The notes under the pieces are model-generated. The model was not told the DNA's origin. It saw only the letters and a list, made by a program, of their open reading frames with translations, and ran no database searches. DNA of 64,000 bases from an uncultured bacterium. GTDB lineage: Bacteria > Verrucomicrobiota > Kiritimatiellia > RFP12 > UBA1067. Positions 50,500-59,900 of the stretch are shown here, piece after piece. The translations under genes and the position numbers were made by a program. The stretch spans positions 42,770 to 106,769 of the forward strand of contig CACWIW010000002.1 in the NCBI GenBank assembly GCA_902761035.1, read 5' to 3'. How positions within the stretch are numbered: the stretch's first letter is position 1; every line of letters starts with the position of its first letter.

Positions 50500-53400
50500 T
50501 CAGTATGCGATAACCATCACGCCCTTTGGCGGCGGCTCCACCACCCAAATCTCGATTCGACGCACCTGATATGCCTTGGCGGACACCGTGTCGGCCAGGT
50601 TCCCCTGCCCGTTCGCGGTCTGCGTGTAGTCCAGGTTGCCTTCCCTCGATGAATTGATGACTCCGGTCGCATGGCACGCATACGTGCCGATGCCGATGTC
50701 GTCGGCGTGGTTGGGGTTGTCGCTGTTGGAACCCCACCTGTTCCACGCGAACAGAACCTCCGCATCGTGCGGGACGCCGGCCGCCGCCTTCTGCTCAGCC
50801 GTGAAGATGCGGTGCATCTGGAAACACCCGTACCCGCTCGACGTGCCGGTCATGTTGTCGTTCCAGCCGAATCCGCCCGTCATCAGGTTCGCCGGTGCCC
50901 CGGAAAGCTGCGCCGTCGTCCCGCCGGCGCCATAGTTGTAGGGCGTTCCCTCGAAAACGCCGCTGACCGAGTCGTCCGTCGGCGCGACGGCGTGGACGGC
51001 GCTGTCGTTGGACTTGACGTGCAGCTTCTCGACGATGAACTGCCGGGGCCGATCAGGGTTGGCGTCCCACGGCAAGGCGACGTCGCCCAGCGTCTTGCCG
51101 CGCGCATCCATGTCCACCCACACCCACCGACGGCGGTTCGTCCCCTTCCTCACCAGCTCCATGTAGTAGCCCACCTTGGCGAGCTTTTTGCTGGACCGCA
51201 GGACGGCATTCGTCGCCGTGTAGGGCGCGATGCCGGAATTGGGGAAGGAATTCGTCTCCGCCGCGTCGATCGTATAGACATGGCGGAAGCCGCTGCGGTA
51301 CTCGGCCAGCTCGTCGATGCCGTACGCGCCCAGCGGGCTCTGTGCCTCGTTCGTCGCCGTGTCGTCAACCGTCGGCGTGAACGACGCGTATGGGCAGGCG
51401 GACATGATGCCGTCGGCAAAGCCCTTCGCCATGATCGCGTGGCCCTGCCAGTTCGGATGCAGCTCGTCCGAGAAGAAGTTGCCCGCCGTCGCCAGCGGCA
51501 CGGCGTCGAAGAGATCCACCAGACTCAGGTTGGCGGGCAGGTTGCCCGCGTTCATGTCGGACTTCAGGAGCGCGTTGAACACCGCCACCTTGGCCTTCAC
51601 GCCGTCCGAGTTGTCCTTCCTGTCGAGAACCGTGGAGGCCACGATCTTGACGCCGGGCCGCTGCCGGACGATTTCCCACACGAGGTTCGTCCAGTTCACG
51701 TATGTCTCCTCCGCCGACTTGCCGTTGCGTCCCATGTCGTTCGTCCCGATGAGCAGCGTGATGACGTCCGGCTTGCCGATCACGTCCAGATAGAGGTGCA
51801 GGTTGTCCAGCACGCCGCCGCTCTTGTCCGTGGTGATGATGGCGTCGCCGCTCACGCCCGTGTGCCACGCCCATTCATCGGGAGCGTGAACGCCCGCCTT
51901 GTCTTGATCCGCGTACTTCCAGATTCCGCACAGCGTGGGCCTGTAGCCATGCGCGGCAAGATGCGCCGCCATGGTCGTGCGATACTGCGGATAGTCGCCC
52001 TGGTCGTCCTTCGTCACGCCCTGCGTGATGGAGTCGCCGATCGGCGCGATGCGAATCGCCTTGGCGTTCTGCTCGTAGCCGCCCACACGCAGAACAAGCT
52101 GGTGGCCGGTGCCGTCGGGCGCCGTCTCGACCGTCAGGCCGTCGAGCGTTCCACTCACGCACGATGCGTCGAACGCGGGCGGCGTGACAGTGCCCGAACC
52201 GCTCCACGTCATCAGCACGAGCTTGCCGCATGTCACGTCGGCATACGAATTCGTAAGCACGACCTTCGCGCCGGATGCGAACGCCGGCGCGGCCTGAAGC
52301 GAAATCGGATTGCGTATCGGGTCGAGGATTATTTCCTCGTTTACGCCAAAAGCGCCCGTGGAACTTGAGAGCGAGCCCTCGCGTACGTCAAGCACCTTGA
52401 AATAGAGTGGATAGCCTACGCTATTCTCCGCCGAAGTCCCATCCCTCAAGATTAGCACTATGTTGCTGACACAGCTCTCTCCATACGCCGCGGTCGCATT
52501 GCTCCAGCTGCTCACTGTCAACGTTCCGGCCTGGACATCTATCGTGCCCTCGTTCCTCGAGTAAGGTCTGCGAACCTGTAGCGTCCCTGTGCCCGTCTTC
52601 GTGAGCGTAAAGCCGTTGAGGTTCAGGTTTTTGTTGGCATCGCTCCATTCAGCGCCGTAGCGCACGCCCATCCACAGCTCGTTTGCGCCGCCGACCGTCG
52701 CATTGGCGTCCAAGTGGAGCATGCCGAGATTCTTGCTGTTTGTCATGTTCGCAGAAGACGTGAGCGCCCACGGCCAGTCGCCCGCGCCCGCACCCGCTAT
52801 GTGGAACTCGGTCACAACCTTTCCGGTACCTACCTCGCCGTCACCGACCACCTTGCCGTTGAAGTCGAACGTGCCGCCGTCCTCAATGGTCACCTTTGGA
52901 GTCGCGCCAAGAACGCCATCCGCACCCAGCTTGAAGACGCCGTTCGAGACGACCACCTCGCTCGCGTAGAACGACCCGCCGGTGCCTGAAGCGAACGTGA
53001 CGACGCAGTTGTCGTCCGCCTGCACGATGAACTTGCTCAGCGAAACGTTGGCGTCAAGGGTGAGCGTCACGCTCTTGTGGGCGACGACCGTCACCTCCTT
53101 GTCAACCGGCGCGGCGATTGCAACAGAAGAATCGTCAATGTCGCGCCAGTCGGCTGTGCTCCAGCTGACGGCGGACGCACCGTCGGCGGCGATGGTGAGC
53201 TGCGCGTTCACGGCAGGCTTGAACATGGCACGGAGCTGCACGGCATACGGGGTCGAAACTTCAATTGATGCGTCCGTCGCGCTGGAGTCGTCCGCAATCG
53301 CCCACGTGTCGCCAGTCCATGAGACAAACTCGTAGGATTCGCTTGCAGGAACAGCTACAAGCGTAAGCGTTCCGCCGTGCGGAACCCAGCCTTCGGCAGA

Positions 53401-54969
53401 TGCCGCCGCCGCGTCAGAGCCGAACTTCACGGTTCCTTGCTCCGCGTCTGCGGACGAGGCATAGCACTTCGCGTAGAGCGTATTATTCTCGTACTTGTAG
53501 TCGCTTGCACAGCCGACGCCGTTGAAGAACCGAAGCGTCCGCTCGGGGTTGTTGTTCTTGTTGCCGTCGCCCTTGAACGAGCCGTCGATGATGTTTAGGA
53601 AACCCGCCTCGCCGACATCGTTTGTGGCTGGCGCAAGGAAGAGCGCCGGCGATCCTCCCTCGTCCGCCTCGAAGGAGTAGATGCGCGCCTTGCCGAAACA
53701 TTTGGCACCTGAATTGTTTTCCGCGAAGAGGTAAGTGGTGCTATCGGCGTTGCTCGTGTCGTTCAGGAAATCGGCCTGATTGTTATTGTAGTAGAACTGC
53801 GCACGGTCGTCGTAGTTCGTGACGGCGATGGTTTTTCCCACCCGGTCGAAAGTCGCGATTCGCCGAAGTCGTCCAGGACCAGCTCCCATGGCAACCCATT
53901 TGGCAGTCCCCATGAAATTCCAGGCAAGTTTGCCGCCGGTTGCAGCAGTGCCGTTGATGTAGAGCCCCTGGACAAATGTGCCGCGTGCGCCGAAGATTCG
54001 CTGCTGTCCTCGCGTGTCAAGGAACTGGAAGTCCGCCGCAAAGCGCGTTGTCGCGCCATTCGCGAGATAGCCGGTGTCGATGTAGTTGCCGACGGTCGCG
54101 TTGGCAGTCGTGCTCGTCGCGCTCGATTCCACGTATGCGCTCGGACGGAACGGGTAGGTACAGGGATAGAGCGCGGCGTATGCCGTCGCGTCGGCAGCAG
54201 CAAAATCTCCGCTGTAGAAACGGAAGTCGTAAAAGGAGTGGACGCCGTTTTTGTTAACGAAGGCCTTGCCGCCGGTTGTATTGGTGCCTCTAGTGACAAG
54301 CGTGTTGAACTGGATGCCGCCTGGATTGGACGGAACCCCGAACCACTTGGTGTCTTGTGAATACGTATGCGTCTGCTTGCTGACGCCATCCCAATAGAAC
54401 GTAAGCGTACCATGATTTTGTGCGGCGGATGTATAAGCGACGACAAGCGTATGAAAACCCTGCGTGATGTCGCCTAGACCCGTCATCTCCTTTTCGTTAC
54501 ATGTGTAGGAACTTCCATCCCGATACAGCAACCGCACAAGGAGTTTGCTTTTGTCGCTGGATGTGCATATCGCAATTGCCCGGCTCCCGGACTGATTCAG
54601 GCGCCCTACGCTGAACACGACGGCGTTATCCACGGCTGCCGGAGAAAGCGATGTGGCAATCGTCCAGCTGTTGCTGAGGACCGTTGCCGAAGAGAACGGC
54701 TTCCACGACGTACTTGTCGTCGTCGCGGCGCTCGACGCTCCGTTAGGCCCGTTGGTCGCCGCGATGCTCGCACCGACGATGTTGAAGTCCGCGTAATTCG
54801 GGGAGGACGAAAACTCATTCGCCCCTTTCGAGAAGTCGAAGCGGAACAGGTAGCTTTCAAGGTTGTTGACCGCCGCCATCGCGGCGGACGTCGCGAACAT
54901 CGCCGCAAGCGCGACGAGGGATGCAGCGATTCGCCGCGCCTTGCCTACAATCATCTTTTTCTGTTTCAT
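50500..54969 (-). CDS. Large secreted paralog B with C-terminal SGNH/GDSL esterase domain, ending GVMVIAY
   Basis: Start MKQKKM after AGGAG; IAPIGDSITQG, GVSG, LLIGTND, DELHPN SGNH blocks. Confidence 0.85.
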   Translation of the reverse strand: MKQKKMIVGKARRIAASLVALAAMFATSAAMAAVNNLESYLFRFDFSKGANEFSSSPNYADFNIVGASIAATNGPNGASSAATTTSTSWKPFSSATVLSNSWTIATSLSPAAVDNAVVFSVGRLNQSGSRAIAICTSSDKSKLLVRLLYRDGSSYTCNEKEMTGLGDITQGFHTLVVAYTSAAQNHGTLTFYWDGVSKQTHTYSQDTKWFGVPSNPGGIQFNTLVTRGTNTTGGKAFVNKNGVHSFYDFRFYSGDFAAADATAYAALYPCTYPFRPSAYVESSATSTTANATVGNYIDTGYLANGATTRFAADFQFLDTRGQQRIFGARGTFVQGLYINGTAATGGKLAWNFMGTAKWVAMGAGPGRLRRIATFDRVGKTIAVTNYDDRAQFYYNNNQADFLNDTSNADSTTYLFAENNSGAKCFGKARIYSFEADEGGSPALFLAPATNDVGEAGFLNIIDGSFKGDGNKNNNPERTLRFFNGVGCASDYKYENNTLYAKCYASSADAEQGTVKFGSDAAAASAEGWVPHGGTLTLVAVPASESYEFVSWTGDTWAIADDSSATDASIEVSTPYAVQLRAMFKPAVNAQLTIAADGASAVSWSTADWRDIDDSSVAIAAPVDKEVTVVAHKSVTLTLDANVSLSKFIVQADDNCVVTFASGTGGSFYASEVVVSNGVFKLGADGVLGATPKVTIEDGGTFDFNGKVVGDGEVGTGKVVTEFHIAGAGAGDWPWALTSSANMTNSKNLGMLHLDANATVGGANELWMGVRYGAEWSDANKNLNLNGFTLTKTGTGTLQVRRPYSRNEGTIDVQAGTLTVSSWSNATAAYGESCVSNIVLILRDGTSAENSVGYPLYFKVLDVREGSLSSSTGAFGVNEEIILDPIRNPISLQAAPAFASGAKVVLTNSYADVTCGKLVLMTWSGSGTVTPPAFDASCVSGTLDGLTVETAPDGTGHQLVLRVGGYEQNAKAIRIAPIGDSITQGVTKDDQGDYPQYRTTMAAHLAAHGYRPTLCGIWKYADQDKAGVHAPDEWAWHTGVSGDAIITTDKSGGVLDNLHLYLDVIGKPDVITLLIGTNDMGRNGKSAEETYVNWTNLVWEIVRQRPGVKIVASTVLDRKDNSDGVKAKVAVFNALLKSDMNAGNLPANLSLVDLFDAVPLATAGNFFSDELHPNWQGHAIMAKGFADGIMSACPYASFTPTVDDTATNEAQSPLGAYGIDELAEYRSGFRHVYTIDAAETNSFPNSGIAPYTATNAVLRSSKKLAKVGYYMELVRKGTNRRRWVWVDMDARGKTLGDVALPWDANPDRPRQFIVEKLHVKSNDSAVHAVAPTDDSVSGVFEGTPYNYGAGGTTAQLSGAPANLMTGGFGWNDNMTGTSSGYGCFQMHRIFTAEQKAAAGVPHDAEVLFAWNRWGSNSDNPNHADDIGIGTYACHATGVINSSREGNLDYTQTANGQGNLADTVSAKAYQVRRIEIWVVEPPPKGVMVIAY

Positions 54970-55040
54970 TGTCTGTCTCCTTTGAACTTTGAATTGAGGT
55001 AATTTGCCGCAAATGGTTGGGGATAGACGCAAGACGAGCG

Positions 55041-56831
55041 TCAAACTTCTTCCTTCAGGATGCAATCTCCGCCGTGAAACACGAGGACGAGCCGGTGGAG
55101 CGCAACGGGCGAGACGCCCGTTGTCCCAGTTGCGGGCGGGACGCCCGCCACCCCGATATGCCACTCGGCGATAAGCGCTGGATCGGACGAATACTGGTCG
55201 AGCTGGTCAATGGCCTCGGCTTTGATCTTCGCGAGCTGCTCCGGCGTGGGATCGGAGTCGCCCGCCTTCACGTACTTCATCTCGATGAGCGCGGCATGGG
55301 CGATCTCGGGCCAACGGGAAAGCTGCGGCGCAAGCGCAATGTCGTAGAAACCTCCGCCCGACTCGCGTTCGTGCCGGACGAAGTACGGACCTCCGGCGGC
55401 GGTGAGAAGCGCGACGAGGGTCGATTGCACGACCTTCTCGCCCTCGACTGAATCGCGCACCGCGAAGTTTTCCTTCACGATCCCGGAGAGGATGCCCACG
55501 AAGCCCTTCCATTCCCCCTTCTCGGCGAAGTCGCACAACCCGCCGTTGATGTCGAACACCCGCTCGTCGATCTTGTGGACGTCTGAATAGGCCGCAGGAA
55601 TCATCTTTGCGGCGAGCTCTTTCAGTGTTTCGTTTGGGATACCAAATGTCATCTTTCCGAACTTCTCGCCCGTAATCGTCGTGATGCCGAGCCAGTAGAG
55701 AAGCGAGGTGAAGTTCTCCTTCTTCGACAGTTCACGCGCCTGGAACGACTCCACAAGCGGCTCCACGAGGGCACCGCCGGCCAGCAGGTTCTCAAGTACG
55801 TGAAAGTTGCCGTTGAGCCGGTCGTTGACGGTTATCAGGTGGCGTATCTTCGCGTAGTCCGTGCGTAGGTTGGAGTCGATGAGCGTCTTCGGGAACTGCT
55901 TAGTCTGCCAGAGGTAGTTGAAGAACGACAGGACGATCGTCGTGTTCGCGACGGACGGCGCGGACGCGCTGCCGAAGCGATAGTTGTCGTACCACCTGAT
56001 CGCGGTGTTGTAAGCCCTCTCCGCGTCGAAGCCGCAGTGCGCGGCGTAGTAGTCCGTGATGGCGCGAAGGTCGTCGTGGCGGAAACCCGTGAAGTCTGCG
56101 AACTGCGGCATGAGCGAGATGTTCGTGCCGATGTTGAAGCCGCTCGTCACGTCGTCCATCGTCACGGGCGACACGCCCGTGATGAACAGGCGCGTGACGG
56201 GCGCGTTGACGCCGCTCGTCGCCGTCTTGAGGATTGCGAAGAACTGCTTGAAGAACCCGTCCCCGTGGCAGAGGTCGTTGTACGCCTTCTCGCCGCTCTC
56301 GGCAAGGATCGTGTTGGTGAAGTTGTCGTATTCGTCGATGAGGACGTAGAGCTTGTCCGTCCCGGACCTGAGGCCGGACACGATGACGTTCATCTTCTTG
56401 CGGCTGTCCGGCGCCTCCAGTATCCGCTCAGAGAGCCCCTCCGGCAGCACGCGGGCGTAGTCGCGGGCGAACGAGTCGCACCGAAGGGACACGTAGAAGT
56501 CGAAGTCCTCCTGGACTTTATCCGCTTCCTTCGAGATGCCGGAGAAGTCGAAGTAGAGGACAAGGTATCCGCCGTGCTCTCCAGTCGGCGCCGCGCCGAT
56601 GTCCGTGCCGCCGAACAACTCATCGAACCTGTCGGCAAACGCAACGTCGTAATAGTACTGCAACATCGAGATGAGAAACGACTTGCCGAACCTGCGAGGG
56701 CGCAAGAACATCGCGTACGCAGTCGCCTCAAGGTCGCGAATCTTCGCGGTACGGTCGATGAACCATCCGTTCTTCTTCCGTATCTGGGCGTAATCCGCCA
56801 CGCCGTAGAGTATGGGCCTAGTCTTCTCCAT
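55041..56831 (-). CDS. AAA-ATPase-like + PD-(D/E)XK_9 nuclease protein
   Basis: ILYGVADY, FIDRT, RPRRFGKS, LIDEYDNF, FITGVSP, ERESGGGFYDI..LIEMKY; probable start ATG 56831, 7 nt after TATAAT. Confidence 0.9.
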   Translation of the reverse strand: MEKTRPILYGVADYAQIRKKNGWFIDRTAKIRDLEATAYAMFLRPRRFGKSFLISMLQYYYDVAFADRFDELFGGTDIGAAPTGEHGGYLVLYFDFSGISKEADKVQEDFDFYVSLRCDSFARDYARVLPEGLSERILEAPDSRKKMNVIVSGLRSGTDKLYVLIDEYDNFTNTILAESGEKAYNDLCHGDGFFKQFFAILKTATSGVNAPVTRLFITGVSPVTMDDVTSGFNIGTNISLMPQFADFTGFRHDDLRAITDYYAAHCGFDAERAYNTAIRWYDNYRFGSASAPSVANTTIVLSFFNYLWQTKQFPKTLIDSNLRTDYAKIRHLITVNDRLNGNFHVLENLLAGGALVEPLVESFQARELSKKENFTSLLYWLGITTITGEKFGKMTFGIPNETLKELAAKMIPAAYSDVHKIDERVFDINGGLCDFAEKGEWKGFVGILSGIVKENFAVRDSVEGEKVVQSTLVALLTAAGGPYFVRHERESGGGFYDIALAPQLSRWPEIAHAALIEMKYVKAGDSDPTPEQLAKIKAEAIDQLDQYSSDPALIAEWHIGVAGVPPATGTTGVSPVALHRLVLVFHGGDCILKEEV

Positions 56832-56910
56832 GGCCTTTATTATATCACAGTTCTGGATTCTCCGCCTCATGCCACCTCGGCCTCATCGGCGTTTAAAGCC
56901 CAATCAGGCG

Positions 56911-59900
56911 CTATCGGATGAAGATCGAAAAGCCTAGATTCCTGATCAAGTACTCGACATTGACTCCGTCGTCTTTGCTTTGCAGCTGCCAGCCGGGAGG
57001 CAATGCGGTAAGGTCAAATGCGCCGTCTGCCGTGTCCTTCAGCGCCACCGGCACCTTCAGGAGCGGAATCTTCGCCTTGCCTGCAACAACAGGATCGCTG
57101 ATGTCCACCTTGAGCTTGCCGGAAAGCGTCTTGGTGACATTGAGGTAGTCCGCTCCGTCCGGATAGAACTTGGCACCAGATTCCATCACGAGTTTTGTGA
57201 TCGTACCATGTCCGCGAAGTTCGCTGATGATGCCAAATGTCTGCGCTGCATCATTGTCGTCCGTAATCGACCCACCATACATGATCAGGTTGGAAACGCT
57301 GATTTTCCTGTTCGTCTGGTTCTTCACGTAGTGTCCTTGGCGGACAATCAGCGTCGTTCCTCTGTTTTTGGCCTGGGAGTTCAGGTTGTTCCACAAGTTG
57401 AGGGTTGCAGAATTATAGAGGTCAATGGTTCCATTCTTGGTATTGACGTTCCGAAGGGTCAGCCACGAAGTGGCCTTCAGCGTATGACCATTCAGATAGA
57501 TGTAGGATTCGTCATCATCTCGTCCGATCTTGAACTGCCCCTTCCCGATTGTGGCATCCGCCGTAAGGTACAGATCAAAGAGGTAGTTGCCGCTTGCCAT
57601 CGTGCTGGACGTGGCGAGCGCCCACGGCCAGTTGCCCGCGCCAGCACCCGCGATGTAGATCGGCGTCTCCTGCCGGATGGTCTTTCCGTTGATGTCAAAC
57701 GTGCCGCCGTCCTGGACGGTGATCTTCGGCGTCTCGCCAAGCACGTTGTCGCCGCCCTGCTGCAGGACGCCGCCCGCCACGACAACCTCGCTGGCCTTGA
57801 ACGATCCGCCCGTCCCCTTCACAAGCGTAAACACGACGTTGGTTGTGCCGTTCAGCGTGAACTTCTTGAGCGACGTGGCCGCGCACGTGAGCGTACACGT
57901 CATGGAACGTACCGGCGTCATGCTAAAATCGCCTTTGAACGAGGAAATCCCACTGATCGTCACGGACTCGGCTTCGCCGGGTGCCAGCACAAGCGTTCCA
58001 ACGCCCGTCACTCCGCCTGCGCCAATGCCGTCGAGCGTCGTGAGCGTCGCGGCGGTTCCGGTCGGCAAGTCCAGTTGCGCAGCCGTCACCCGTCCGCACG
58101 TGGCAAACGAAACGCCGTTCGTGAGAAGCACCTTGGCAAGCGTCAGCGATCCTTCACCTCCGAAATCGACGCTTCCTGTTCCCTCTACCTGCACGTCGCC
58201 AAAGACGTAGTCGGAACCGAGGCTCACGGTCGTGTCGCCGTCAAGCGACATCTTGAACGACCGCCCTTCTCCGGGGATCGCGCCCGATGACCAGTTCTCC
58301 GTCGCGCTGAACGATCCGGTGCCGTCGGCGTTCGTCCAGACGGGCGTCGGGGCACGCACGGTCACCGTGCCGGCGTCCGCGTCGTAGCTGACTTCAGGGT
58401 TCTGAAGCAGCAATCCTCTGATGTCATACAGGATAATGTTCTGCGGCTGGGAGGAGGCATTGAGCACAATCTCATCTTCGTCAAGGTTGGCCTTGCGCAA
58501 GGCGAGCGTCGCGTTGTCATCGACGGTGAACGTTCCCGTCGGACGGTTCGTGCCGATGTTGAATATCACGCCCGCGCCGACGGTGATCGCGCCGGACGCC
58601 GTGAACGTCCCCGTCGCCGCGACGGTGACGTTCGTCTCCACGCCCGTCTTGCGGACGAACGAAAGCGCGCCCTCGGCCGTAAGCGTCGTCGTGACATCAA
58701 GGTTTCCGTCAAGCGTCGCGACCACACCATCCGCCATCGTAAGCTCCGCCGCCGTTCCATGCCCGGCAAGCGTTTCGCCCGCGCTTATGCCAAACCCGCC
58801 CGAAGAGCCCTTCAGCGCACCGCCGCCACAGTCAAGCGTCTTGAAGTAGAGCGGATAGCCTACACTATTCTCCGCCGTTGTACCTTCACGCACGACAAGC
58901 GCGACGTTGCTGACGCAGCTCTCTCCATACGCTGCGGTCGCATTGCTCCAGCCGGTCACCCTCACCGATCCAGACTGCACGTCAATCGTACCCTCGTTCC
59001 TCGAGTAGGGCCTGCGGACCTGCAATGTCCCCGTGCCCGTCTTCGTGAGCGTAAAACCGTTGAGGTTCAGGTTTTTGTTGGCAGCGCTCCAGCCGGCGCC
59101 GTTGCGCACGCCCATCCACAGCTCTTTTGCGCCGCCAACCGTCGCATTGTCGTCCAAGTGGAGCATGCCGACATTCTTGCTGCTTGTCATGTCCGCAGAA
59201 GACGTGATCGCCCACGGCCAGTCCCCCGCGCCGGCGCCCGCGATGTGGAACTCGGTCACAACATTCCCTGCAACTGCCTCGCCGTCGCCGACCACCTTGC
59301 CATTGAAATCGAACGTGCCGCCGTCCTCGACCGTCACGAGCGGCGTCGCGCCAAGAATGCCGTCCGCATCCAGCTTGAGGACACCGTTCGAGACGACCAC
59401 CTCGTCCGCGCAGAACGTCCCGCCGGAGCCAAGGGCGAACGTGACGACGCAGTTGGTATCCGCCTGCACGGTGAACTTGCTCAGCGAAACGTTGGCGTCA
59501 AGGGTGAGCGTCACGCTCTTGTGGGCGATGACCGTCACCTCCTTGCCAACCGGCGCGGGGATTGCAACGGAGTCGTCTTCGGCAGAACGCCAGTCGGCGA
59601 TGCTCCAGTTGACGGCGTCCGCACCGCCGGCAGCGATGGTGAGCTGCGCGTTCACGGTGGCCTTGAACGTCGCGCGGAGCTGCACGGCATACGGAGTTGA
59701 AACCTCAATCGATGCGTTCGTCTTGCTGAAGCCGTCCGCAATCGCCCACGTATCGCCCGTCCACTCGCTAAACTGGTATTGGGATGAATCGGACGCCGTC
59801 GCCGAAAGCGCAAGGGTGCCCCCGTGCGGGACCCAGCCCTCGGCAGATGCCGCCGCCGCACCCTCTGCGACGGTCACGGTTCCGTTTTCGTCGGAGGTGG

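Noticed and set aside
54970..55164. N-terminal extension of the 1554-aa ORF
   Set aside because: Overlaps the AAA gene and a REP; a clear AGGAG RBS and signal peptide begin at 54969
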